Translations under genes and position numbers: made by a program
Shown here: positions 18,954-28,433 of the stretch, one piece after another
Numbering within the stretch: the stretch's first letter is position 1
Layout of the letters: every line of letters begins with the position of its first letter
Origin: an uncultured archaeon
Lineage (GTDB): Archaea; Asgardarchaeota; Lokiarchaeia; Sigyniarchaeales; SOKP01
DNA: 55,503 bases
Assembly: GCA_964632315.1 (NCBI GenBank)
Contig: CAZWEM010000028.1
Span: 1 to 55,503, forward strand
Direction: 5' to 3'
The notes under the pieces: model-generated
Seen by the model: the letters and a program-made list of their open reading frames with translations, nothing else
What the model was told of the DNA's origin: nothing
Databases searched by the model: none

Positions 18954-19667
18954 TTACGCTCCTAAAATCAGAAAGGATATACCAATTGTCAGTGCAAATG
19001 CGAGTAGCATTTGAAGTATATTTTTAATGATTGATTCTTTGGATACTAAACCTAAAAATATTCCTAGTAAAATTATTGAGATTAAGATAATTATGAATGA
19101 AGTTAAGAATGTAACAAAGCCAGCTAAAGCTTGAAAGAAAAAAGGGATCAGGGAAATTAACCCTCCCAAGAAAGGAGAGAGTCCATTTACAAAAGCAACC
19201 ACGATACTAGTAACAAATTCTGCGCGTTCTAATATGGTTTTACCTTTTTTTTTCAGTTTTTCATCATCCGAATCACGCTCTGTTTGCTTTCTTTTTTTAT
19301 CTATTTTTATAAGCATTGCTTTTTCGATATCTTGAGTTGCAGACTTAGCTGTTAGATTTCCATCTTTAAGTTCATCAAGTATCATAGCCTTATTTAACTC
19401 ATCCTTTAATTTGCGTCGTTCAGCCTTCTCTGAGAGATAAGAACCCGTTAATCCTGATAAGAACATTGAAATTGATGTTCCTAAGCCAGTAAAGATTACA
19501 AGTCTACTATCGACAGTGTGAGTTTCTGATTGAAAGATTATGATAAAGAATCCTAATAAAATACCTAGCACAGTGAGCATACCGTCATAAAAATTATTAA
19601 CAAAATATCTACGTGCTATTGGCCAAAGATTTGTGATTTTCGCGTAAGTTCTGAATTTTTCAAGCAT
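18954..19667 (-). CDS. VIT1/CCC1 family transporter
   Basis: RRYFVNNFYDG, SGLTGSYLSEKAE, LIPFF. Confidence 0.8.
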   Translation of the reverse strand: MLEKFRTYAKITNLWPIARRYFVNNFYDGMLTVLGILLGFFIIIFQSETHTVDSRLVIFTGLGTSISMFLSGLTGSYLSEKAERRKLKDELNKAMILDELKDGNLTAKSATQDIEKAMLIKIDKKRKQTERDSDDEKLKKKGKTILERAEFVTSIVVAFVNGLSPFLGGLISLIPFFFQALAGFVTFLTSFIIILISIILLGIFLGLVSKESIIKNILQMLLAFALTIGISFLILGA

Positions 19668-19716
19668 GATTATACTATTTTATTTAAAGCAAGTAGCATT
19701 ATTAATTACTTCGTCT

Positions 19717-20478
19717 TTAAATTCCTAATAATGCAGATATTAGCAAAGTCACGACTCCTGCTGTAATTAGATGAATAGCATACTTTATACGACCTCCTCC
19801 AGAAATGTTTCCTAAAAATATTCCCAGGTATATTAGTAATCCTGCTAAGATAATATAAGAGAAGATAAAATGCAGTAAAGTTAAACTAGTGCCAAAAAAG
19901 AATGGAATTAATGGGAGTGAGGAGCCTAAAACTGGAGCAAGTCCATCAACTAAAGAAGCCACGATTGTTGCAAAGTTTTCAGCTTGTTGAATTATTGATT
20001 TCTCTTTTTTCTGATTTTTCTCAATTAAGATTAAGTGTTTTTTAGGTACTGATTTTTTATTCTCTCTCTTGAAGGGGATTAGCATTGCTTTTTTAATTTC
20101 TTCTTCTTCATCAATTATGTTGCTTTCTCTTAATATTGATTCCACTTTAGTTCTAGCGAGTCCATCTTCGTCTAGAATGACCATCTCCTTCTTAAGATCA
20201 TCCATCTTTTTCTTTCTTTCTGCTTCTTCTGATAAAAAAGCACCCCATAAGCCGCTAATGCCAATTGCGAGAGCCGTCGAAAAACCATACACAATCACAT
20301 TTGCGGGGGTGTTCGAAGCGGAACCATAAAGAAACACAAAAAATATTCCACTTACAATCCCAGCACAAGTTAAAGCTCCATCAAAACAATTATTGAAAAA
20401 TTTCCGACGTGCGATAATGCCCAAATCGGACATTGCAGAGTATTTTCTCCATCTTTCCATTAAACTTTTTAATTCCAT
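19717..20478 (-). CDS. VIT1/CCC1 family transporter (tandem paralogue)
   Basis: RRKFFNNCFDG, SGLWGAFLSEEAE, PLIPFF. Confidence 0.8.
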   Translation of the reverse strand: MELKSLMERWRKYSAMSDLGIIARRKFFNNCFDGALTCAGIVSGIFFVFLYGSASNTPANVIVYGFSTALAIGISGLWGAFLSEEAERKKKMDDLKKEMVILDEDGLARTKVESILRESNIIDEEEEIKKAMLIPFKRENKKSVPKKHLILIEKNQKKEKSIIQQAENFATIVASLVDGLAPVLGSSLPLIPFFFGTSLTLLHFIFSYIILAGLLIYLGIFLGNISGGGRIKYAIHLITAGVVTLLISALLGI

Positions 20479-20617
20479 TTTTTTAGCGAAGCACCTTTTT
20501 TCCCTACAAGATTAGAATAATTCTTTTATGGAATTATTTTAATTCTTAATACTGATGATTTTTATTTATTTAATCATATAATATTCATAGATTATTAAAA
20601 ATTTAGTGAATCTTAAA

Positions 20618-21250
20618 ATGGCATCAAATAGAAAAATCAAGGAAGAGATTATCTCATTATTGATAGATCATTCTAGAATTATTTACAATATAATCAGTGA
20701 TATGGGTGTTTATTTTAATTCTTGGTCAGAAGACAAATCGAAACTTGAAAAGAAAAGGAATAAAATGCAAATCATTGAGGAAGAAGCTGACGAGATAAAA
20801 GTGAGGATCATTCAAGATTACTCGGAATCTGGGGCAGGATTTGGGGATTTTATTGCATTGGTATTAAGAATGGACAATGTTATTAATTATCCGCTTGAAT
20901 TTGTTGATATGCTACCTAAAATTCATTTGGATCAAAAACAGATACAATTTATAAGTAAACAATATCGCAAGTTAATAAATAAAATACTCAGCATGGCTGA
21001 TGTTCTAAAGACTACGATAAAAAACCTAAGGGATAATCAGGAAAACGTGTTCAATAATACTACTGAAATTCATGAAATAGAAAATGAAATTGATTCAATT
21101 TATAGGCAATTTCTCGAAGGGTTATACTCAAATGAAGACATTCCTATTCGCATATTACTCCGTATAAGAGATAGTATCGTACTTTTAGAGCAAATGGCGG
21201 ATCGGATTCATGATATAGCTGATTTAATAAGAATTCTGATATATCAATAA
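20618..21250 (+). CDS. DUF47 / PhoU-like phosphate transport regulator
   Basis: IEEEADEIK and IENEIDSIY repeats, LEQMADRIHDIAD. Confidence 0.85.
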   Translation: MASNRKIKEEIISLLIDHSRIIYNIISDMGVYFNSWSEDKSKLEKKRNKMQIIEEEADEIKVRIIQDYSESGAGFGDFIALVLRMDNVINYPLEFVDMLPKIHLDQKQIQFISKQYRKLINKILSMADVLKTTIKNLRDNQENVFNNTTEIHEIENEIDSIYRQFLEGLYSNEDIPIRILLRIRDSIVLLEQMADRIHDIADLIRILIYQ

Positions 21251-21343
21251 TCTTATTCTACTCTCAAAATGAATTTGATAAGCGTTAATTGAACATAGGT
21301 TTTAAATCCACACTAAACTTATTAGATTTATTCCTTTTTCTCT

Positions 21344-22828
21344 TTAATATATGGTTTCTCCAGAAATTCGGTTAACTTTCAAATGTCTGAACCGTGCTTC
21401 CGTTTTCGCAATTTGCTCGCTGTTTTCTATTTTATCTACAACCTCTTGAGGAAATAGGTGTTTTACTAAATGAGTAATCATTTCTTTTGTTTCGATACAA
21501 TTGAACAATTTTAAACTTTCGACAGAATAAAAGATTTCACTTACTAAATCATGGTTAGTTTCACTTGAGAAATTAATAAGTTCTAAATTTCTATAAATTC
21601 TATCGATAATTGGTTCTAAAAGATCATAGTCCTTCAAATTATCTAATGTATTTCTCATATAATTTAAAAAAATAACATAATATGTTGACTCTGAAGATAC
21701 AAATCCATCTCTATGATGTTTAATTCCTTCTGGAGTGACTCTTTGCTCAATCTCTTCGATGAGTATCTTTAAAATCGAGGGTTCGATTTTATTCTGAATT
21801 TTAAGAACATAAAACATCTTAACAATAACTGCTAATTCAGAGGTCTCACAATCTTTAAGATAGTTAGAATTGAAAAAATTTTCATCCAGATGTATTAATG
21901 GTGTTAGTTTATCAAATGGAAGCCAAAAATTCATTATTTCTGTTGATTTAAAAAAATAATACAATTTTGTCGTCGATTCGGCTATAGGTGCGTCAAATTC
22001 ATCAATAAATTCTTCATATAGATCATTTAAAAAATTGGTAATCTTTTCAGTTTTTAATTGAATATCAAACCGATTTGCTAAATATATTCCACAAAAATAG
22101 AGATCCGGATTTTTCAATGTTACGATCGGGAGAGAATACAGCCATTCATTTTGATTCTCTTCAATATAGTCTTTCAAATGCGTAAAATCAAAATATCGGA
22201 TAAATTGGAAGAAATTAAGAATTCTATAAATCAAATATAACAATTGTAATTTATCTTGAACTTCACTTATATTCTCCAAAGTCTCTATTTTAGCTTTATT
22301 ACTCCTAAATTTAGCAATTATTTCATCCTTCACCTTGATATATTTCCGGAGATTTTCTAATTTTTCAGGAGCTTCTGAATAAAGTTTTTTTAAATTACCG
22401 AGTTCTAAAATAAATTCTATTGGGAGGAATCCTTTAGATTTTAGGTTTAGGATTAACGACTCATCCTCCAAATCTGCGATATAGTATAAAATCACTTCTA
22501 AAAATATTTCATAAACAATAGGAGCGATTTTTTTTCTGTAGAGTTTTTCGATTGTTGTTAATTCCTCAAAGTCCCTTTTAGTAAGTTTCAAATCGGGACC
22601 AGAGAATTTATTATCAGTTTCAGTTTTATCAAAACCCAATTTTACTATTTCGCTTTTGAATTTTTTTACTATTTCGTCTGTGATTCTCAAGAGATCTTCA
22701 TGTTCTCTCGTAAAACTTTTAAAATTGTGGTTTAATAGGTTCCGAAAATAGTTGTCAATATTTTCATAAAAAAAATCTTCTTGATCTGAATACAGTTCTA
22801 TAATATTGTAAAGACCTTGAAGTATCAT
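21344..22828 (-). CDS. Hypothetical helical protein; C-terminal half may be prenyltransferase alpha/alpha-toroid-like
   Basis: 494-aa ORF; ESTTKLYY, DGFVSSESTYYV and SEIFYSVESL pseudo-repeats. Confidence 0.6.
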   Translation of the reverse strand: MILQGLYNIIELYSDQEDFFYENIDNYFRNLLNHNFKSFTREHEDLLRITDEIVKKFKSEIVKLGFDKTETDNKFSGPDLKLTKRDFEELTTIEKLYRKKIAPIVYEIFLEVILYYIADLEDESLILNLKSKGFLPIEFILELGNLKKLYSEAPEKLENLRKYIKVKDEIIAKFRSNKAKIETLENISEVQDKLQLLYLIYRILNFFQFIRYFDFTHLKDYIEENQNEWLYSLPIVTLKNPDLYFCGIYLANRFDIQLKTEKITNFLNDLYEEFIDEFDAPIAESTTKLYYFFKSTEIMNFWLPFDKLTPLIHLDENFFNSNYLKDCETSELAVIVKMFYVLKIQNKIEPSILKILIEEIEQRVTPEGIKHHRDGFVSSESTYYVIFLNYMRNTLDNLKDYDLLEPIIDRIYRNLELINFSSETNHDLVSEIFYSVESLKLFNCIETKEMITHLVKHLFPQEVVDKIENSEQIAKTEARFRHLKVNRISGETIY

Positions 22829-23098
22829 CCAAATCAGATATTAATGTAAATATTGCTCTTTAAGGTTATTAAAAGAAAACAAGCATTAATATTTTTTCAT
22901 TGTTGTTTAAAATTATATTATATACCCGTTTATTTAATTAGATATACATTCAAATAGAAGCTGATTTTTCACTTTTTTGGCACAAAATTAATAGAAAATT
23001 TAATTCATATTAAATTAAGCAAAATTTCAAAATATAACATCTTTTTTTGATTAATCTTTTACAAAGATTTTGTAAAATTCAAATATTTTTTGGATTTT

Positions 23099-24919
23099 TT
23101 ACCTAAAAATCGAATCCAAATATTTGTCTAGCATATTATTTTTAATTGATTCTATTTCAAAATAATCTTCATTTGGAATTGTATATCTTAACTTAATCAA
23201 TTCATTGACGACCTGATTAACCTTCCATGTGTTAATAAATGAACCCTTTCTTATTTGTTCCTTTCCTTCTTTATAAAATAATAAGAAAAGTTTTATTAAA
23301 CTCAAGAGTTTTTCTGGGGAAGTAAAAACATCAATTTCATCAAATGCATTTTGAATTAAAAACCCGTTTGTAATTATTTTGCTAATAACTATTTCTAATC
23401 TCTGCTCCGGAGGCATTCCTCCTTCTCCTAGCAGTTGTGTCATATTTTGGATATTACTCTCTTGGGATAAAATTTCATTCAGTTGATTGCGGCAACCATT
23501 CCAATCTAGTTTTATCTCTGGCCATTCAATGTCCTTTTTTTCCCACCACATTTTAATATATTCAGGATAATTTGAATAAGATTGCAACCAATTAATGGCT
23601 GGAAAGTTTTTTAAATAAGCAAGCTTTTGATCTAAAGCCCAAACACCTTGAACTACCCGTTTGGCGGCGGAGGTAACTGGTTCGCTAAAATCTCCTCCTG
23701 GTGGCGAAATTGTCCCGATAATAGTAATAGAACCAAATTTTTCATCGCCTTTCATACCTTTACCTAGTGTTTTTATAAGACCAGCTCTTTCAAAAAAACT
23801 AGATAATTTGGAAGGCAAATACCCAGGATATCCTTCTTCTGCGGGCATCTCTTCTAATAAACCAGATAATTCCCTTAAAGACTCCGCCCAACGAGAAATA
23901 CTGTCAGTTAATACAACAACATCATATCCCATATCTCTATAATATTCTGCGATTGTAACGCCTGAAAATAAGCTTGCTTCACGTGAGGATCCCGGCATAT
24001 TTGAAGTATTTACTACTAAAACAATTCGATCCATTATCGGTCTCCCACTTTTAGGATCAATTGTTTCGGTAAACTGCTTTAATACATTTGCTACCTCATT
24101 CCCAGGTTCACCACATCCGATATAAACAATTAAATCTGCATCACAATATTTTGCTAAACATTGTTGTATAACTGTTTTACCTGTTCCAAAGCCTCCAGGA
24201 ATGGCCATTGTTCCTCCTTTCGCTATTGGAAATAGTAAATCAATGATTCTTATTCCTGTAATCAATGGAACATTAGGTCTTTTGAGCTCTGAACTTGGTC
24301 TTGTTTTTGTTATTTTCCACTTTTGCAGCATACTAAAGAATCTTTCAGTATCTTCATCTTTTAGTCTAAAGATTTCATCGATAATAGTATAATCTCCCTC
24401 ATCTACGATAAAGGATATTGTACCTTTGGATCCCGGAGGTATCATTATTCTATGCTCAATTAAAGCAGTTTCTTGTACCGAGCCAATAACATCTCCCTCC
24501 TCAACGACATCACCAATTTTCTTACAAGGAACAAAGTGCCATTTCTTTTCTCTTGATAAGGGTTTAAATTCTATACCTCTTTCCAACTTTCCTTCTTTAT
24601 TTTCTCTGAAAGTAATTTCTAATGGTCTTTGAATACCATCAAAAGTACTTCCTAACAAACCCGGACCAAGTTCCATTGATAAAGGTTCATTTAGACTAGT
24701 AACTTTTTGACCTAATTTTAAGTTTAAAGTACTTTCAAAACACTGTATTATCGTATAAGTCTTATAGATTTGAATTATTTCCCCTAAAAGATTATGTTTA
24801 GATATCTTTACTAAATCATGTAATCTTACACGATCCTCCAATCCTTTAACTTCAATTAAAGTTCCATTTATGCCCGTTATAGCACCTTCGATACAAGATA
24901 TTTCTAAATTCATTGTCAT
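23099..24919 (-). CDS. atpA: A/V-type ATP synthase subunit A, second divergent copy
   Basis: Collinear with 29823..31625; P-loop GGFGTGKT present, but GCGEPGNE; start set at ATG 24919 behind GAGGG. Confidence 0.9.
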   Translation of the reverse strand: MTMNLEISCIEGAITGINGTLIEVKGLEDRVRLHDLVKISKHNLLGEIIQIYKTYTIIQCFESTLNLKLGQKVTSLNEPLSMELGPGLLGSTFDGIQRPLEITFRENKEGKLERGIEFKPLSREKKWHFVPCKKIGDVVEEGDVIGSVQETALIEHRIMIPPGSKGTISFIVDEGDYTIIDEIFRLKDEDTERFFSMLQKWKITKTRPSSELKRPNVPLITGIRIIDLLFPIAKGGTMAIPGGFGTGKTVIQQCLAKYCDADLIVYIGCGEPGNEVANVLKQFTETIDPKSGRPIMDRIVLVVNTSNMPGSSREASLFSGVTIAEYYRDMGYDVVVLTDSISRWAESLRELSGLLEEMPAEEGYPGYLPSKLSSFFERAGLIKTLGKGMKGDEKFGSITIIGTISPPGGDFSEPVTSAAKRVVQGVWALDQKLAYLKNFPAINWLQSYSNYPEYIKMWWEKKDIEWPEIKLDWNGCRNQLNEILSQESNIQNMTQLLGEGGMPPEQRLEIVISKIITNGFLIQNAFDEIDVFTSPEKLLSLIKLFLLFYKEGKEQIRKGSFINTWKVNQVVNELIKLRYTIPNEDYFEIESIKNNMLDKYLDSIFR

Positions 24920-24953
24920 TTTTTTCCCTCTAATATTAGATTCAAAAATTGTT

Positions 24954-25394
24954 TTATTCAAGAGATGCTCCACAATTAGGGCATTTCTTCACAAAATTAG
25001 GCACTATGGTTCCACAACTAAGACATTTTACTATCATCGATTTTTTATAGGTATACCCAAGATCGATTGGAGTTGGTATTTTTTTTTTATAAAATTCAAA
25101 GTCTTTTTTCTTTTTTTCTTCTAAACGTTTCTTATCAAATTTTTCTTTGATTCTTTTATTCTTGTCGGGGAATAACCGTTGATACATTCTTTTTGTTCTT
25201 TGATATTGAAAAATTGGTCCAATAAAAATCAGAAATGAGAAAACGATTAATAGTATTCCAACCAGTAAATTATGTTCAGTTATGATAAAGAATTGATAAA
25301 TTAACAATAATAGAATAACATAGATTAACAAAAATACAATCCTAATTCCAACATGAGATTTTTTCTTGGGAGCTTTATTATCCGATTTTTCCAT
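24954..25394 (-). CDS. Two-TM membrane protein with C-terminal zinc ribbon, inside the ATPase operon
   Basis: Two TM helices; CLSC...CPNCG. Confidence 0.75.
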   Translation of the reverse strand: MEKSDNKAPKKKSHVGIRIVFLLIYVILLLLIYQFFIITEHNLLVGILLIVFSFLIFIGPIFQYQRTKRMYQRLFPDKNKRIKEKFDKKRLEEKKKKDFEFYKKKIPTPIDLGYTYKKSMIVKCLSCGTIVPNFVKKCPNCGASLE

Positions 25395-25397
25395 TTT

Positions 25398-27770
25398 TTA
25401 AGTCTCTTTAATGAATTTTGAAATAACTTCTGATCTTGCTTTGTCAAGATCTTTTTTATCTTGCGGATTAATCAATTTTTCTAGTTCTTCAGAGATCTTA
25501 TCTTCTTTTTCCTTGACTTCAAAGAAGATTTTTGAATACTCTTCACTTATCATAAAGGATTTAAATTCGATTCCAGATCCTTGATAGAATTTAGAGAAAA
25601 ATTCATAAAAATGTAACCTCAAATCATGGATAAATACTAATAATCCTTCTAATGCCATTACAGTAATATTACTTGCGATCAACGCAACTGTCACCGTTAT
25701 TTGATAACCTCCAAAAAAGTATCCTAAAATGACACCTAAAATTGCACCCAAGAGAAGACCTAAGAATTTATAACGTCTAATTAGGATGAATCCAACAATT
25801 CCTACAATAAGACCACCTACAATCACCCCTAAAATCTGATCTGTTAATAATTCAGGTTTAGTTATCAATGCAATTAAATCAGTAAACGTCAGCATTAAAC
25901 CAATATGAGCCATTTCCAAGGCTAATAACCTTGCATATGATGCAACATTGCTTAAAGAAGACAATACTAATTCGAACGCCTCCATGGTTCCTTCAGTCAT
26001 TAAAGATTTGTATGATTCATGTTTTAAATACGAAACTCCTATCATCCGACCTATAGGTTTTGATATTAATAATGCAATAATCGGAATTCCTAAATACCAA
26101 ATGATGGGATACGGAGGAGCTAACCATCCAAAAATATCAACACTAAACTCAAAAAATAAAATTCTAGTCAAGAAACCCGCACCAACTAAGATCCAGATTT
26201 TAAATAATGAATCGGTAACAGCAAGGTATTTTTTCCCTAGTTTCCAATAATTTATAAATTGAATAAACCATCCTAAACAAATTTGGATAATTCCTACAAA
26301 AAGTGCGAATATGAATATCAAGAAGATATTATCCAGTGGATTAAGCAGTAAAGGAGTTAAATGGAATCCAAAGATCTCATGTCCACCAAACCATTCACCA
26401 TATGCTAATCCTGCTACAATGGCACCAATCCCACAATAAGCTATAATATAGCTGAAGTGATATCTGGTTTCCTTTTTGTTTTTATATAGTTTCGCACCAA
26501 CTAAACCAACAATTAGTAAAGCTAATCCTTGACCAATATCGCCAAACATTATACCAAATAATATTGGGAAACTGATAGCTACAAAAATAGTAGGGTCAAT
26601 TTCAGAATAGGTGGGGACCCCATATAATTTAGTAAGAAATTCAAAATGACCAACAAATTTACTCTTGTGCTTCATGATCGTGGGAGCTTTATTTTTTAAA
26701 TCTTTTGTATCAACAAACCTCTCAGCAACATCAAGTTCTCTCTGATCAATTTCATGAACCTCCTCTGATTCTCTTTTTGATTCCTCCTCTATTCTAATAA
26801 CTTTCTTTGTAATTTCTATAATATCCATTTTGATCTTATCTTGAAAAATCCTCGATAATTCTTCCCTAACTTGTTTGGTATAAGTGCTAGGAATGTAAAA
26901 TGTGAGAAGTGAATTACTAGAAGAAGTTTTTAGAAATTGTCTTTCGCTCCAATTATAAATTTCAATGTTTTCCAGAGTCTCTTTAAAAGCAAAAAATTTC
27001 AATAAATTATTGTCTCTGATTGAATCTTTCTCACTTTGTAACCGTGAAATGTTTTTTGAAATTAAGTCTATTTCTTTTTCTAATCTTTTAAAATTGATAC
27101 CTTGATTAGTTATATATTTTTTTAGTAATGAAATTTCATTTGTGTGTAGAATCTTAAATTCCTTAAAAATAGTTTCTTCTTGGTTTGCAGGGTAAATTAG
27201 GAAAAATACCACATTATCATCCCCTAAATCTTCTTTTTGATATATTGTAGGAAATGGTAGGGTATCTATTGTTAATTCTAAATTAGGGATATTTTTACTA
27301 AATGTAGTAAAAACTTTGAAATGAAAAAAATTAAAAATTTGCAATTTTTCACGATTAATTTCATATCTTTCAAGAAACTTATAACAGCCTCTTAAAATTT
27401 TTAGATTCTCTAACTCTATTTGAGCGTTTGTTTGATATTCATTTAATTCAGCTAATCTATTATCATAATATTTTACTTCGTCTGAAAGATATCCTATTAA
27501 ATTGTATAAAGAAGTTACCCTAAATTCTACTTTTTTTTCCTGTTCTAAGTTGATTTCCTCAATTTCTAATTTATTAAATAACGAGATTAGGTTAGTTCGC
27601 AATGTTTTTATTTTTTCAATTGTTGAAATTTCTTCTTCTTTCCTTTCCTTTTTAATTTCCAATTCACGTATTTGAACATTCTTTATTGTTGCAAGATAAT
27701 TCAATAGCGATTCTTTATACTTATCATTGATAAGTACTTCAAACAGACTTAATTGAGTGAGATCCGTCAA
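25398..27770 (-). CDS. atpI: A/V-type ATP synthase subunit I (a)
   Basis: YGVPTYSEIDPT, FGIMFGDIGQG, SNVASYARLLAL, HDLRLHFYEFFSKFY. Confidence 0.95.
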   Translation of the reverse strand: MTDLTQLSLFEVLINDKYKESLLNYLATIKNVQIRELEIKKERKEEEISTIEKIKTLRTNLISLFNKLEIEEINLEQEKKVEFRVTSLYNLIGYLSDEVKYYDNRLAELNEYQTNAQIELENLKILRGCYKFLERYEINREKLQIFNFFHFKVFTTFSKNIPNLELTIDTLPFPTIYQKEDLGDDNVVFFLIYPANQEETIFKEFKILHTNEISLLKKYITNQGINFKRLEKEIDLISKNISRLQSEKDSIRDNNLLKFFAFKETLENIEIYNWSERQFLKTSSSNSLLTFYIPSTYTKQVREELSRIFQDKIKMDIIEITKKVIRIEEESKRESEEVHEIDQRELDVAERFVDTKDLKNKAPTIMKHKSKFVGHFEFLTKLYGVPTYSEIDPTIFVAISFPILFGIMFGDIGQGLALLIVGLVGAKLYKNKKETRYHFSYIIAYCGIGAIVAGLAYGEWFGGHEIFGFHLTPLLLNPLDNIFLIFIFALFVGIIQICLGWFIQFINYWKLGKKYLAVTDSLFKIWILVGAGFLTRILFFEFSVDIFGWLAPPYPIIWYLGIPIIALLISKPIGRMIGVSYLKHESYKSLMTEGTMEAFELVLSSLSNVASYARLLALEMAHIGLMLTFTDLIALITKPELLTDQILGVIVGGLIVGIVGFILIRRYKFLGLLLGAILGVILGYFFGGYQITVTVALIASNITVMALEGLLVFIHDLRLHFYEFFSKFYQGSGIEFKSFMISEEYSKIFFEVKEKEDKISEELEKLINPQDKKDLDKARSEVISKFIKET

Positions 27771-27791
27771 TTATGTTCCCTTAATTCTTTT

Positions 27792-28427
27792 TTAATTAGT
27801 ATTTATTAATTCTTTAATCCTTTTTAATCTTGAAAATGATTCTCTTTCATTTTCTTCTAAAACATCTTTAATTTTTTTTATATCTGTTTCAATCCCTGGA
27901 ATAATTTTGCTTTCTAAAGCATTGATTCTTCTATTTAACTTTTTTAAATCTATTCCAAATTTCATCATTAAATCTTCAAGTTCTGCCAATCTCATGATGT
28001 TTTTGATAACATTTTTTAAAGTAAATATTAAATCATCTAAATGATGAGTAGTGTTCTCAAAAGCATACGAGGGGTATTTTTCATGTTCATCAAAAATATA
28101 ATCTATTTTAGGAGTTATTAAACCTAAATTCTTAATTACTCTAATATTTATTTTGAAGTCATACTGAATTCTACTTAAGGTACTTATTAGATTAAAATAT
28201 CTCTTACCCATACCTTTATAGGTCAAATTTAATTTTCTGTAAGAGTCAATCCATAAATCGTAAAACTGAGTTTTTAATGAAATATATTCATTCCAATAAT
28301 TATCTATATAAAATAACAATTGTTCCCGTTTGATATTTAATAAATCCTTCCCTTTAATCGCAAATTTTAATTTTTTTTGTAAACTAATTAAATTCGATTT
28401 TGTAGGTTTAACTTCTCTAAAGCTAAT
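27792..28427 (-). CDS. atpD: A/V-type ATP synthase subunit D (ATT start, 211 aa)
   Basis: (I)SFREVKPTKSNLISLQKKLKFAIKGKDLLNIKREQL...RRINALE..IIP...LEENERESFSRLK. Confidence 0.9.
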   Translation of the reverse strand: MSFREVKPTKSNLISLQKKLKFAIKGKDLLNIKREQLLFYIDNYWNEYISLKTQFYDLWIDSYRKLNLTYKGMGKRYFNLISTLSRIQYDFKINIRVIKNLGLITPKIDYIFDEHEKYPSYAFENTTHHLDDLIFTLKNVIKNIMRLAELEDLMMKFGIDLKKLNRRINALESKIIPGIETDIKKIKDVLEENERESFSRLKRIKELINTN

Positions 28428-28433
28428 TAAGTA

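Noticed and set aside
24920-24973. ORF-track start of the second atpA at 24973
   Set aside because: It overlaps the upstream gene; ATG 24919 behind GAGGG fits the paralogue's length.
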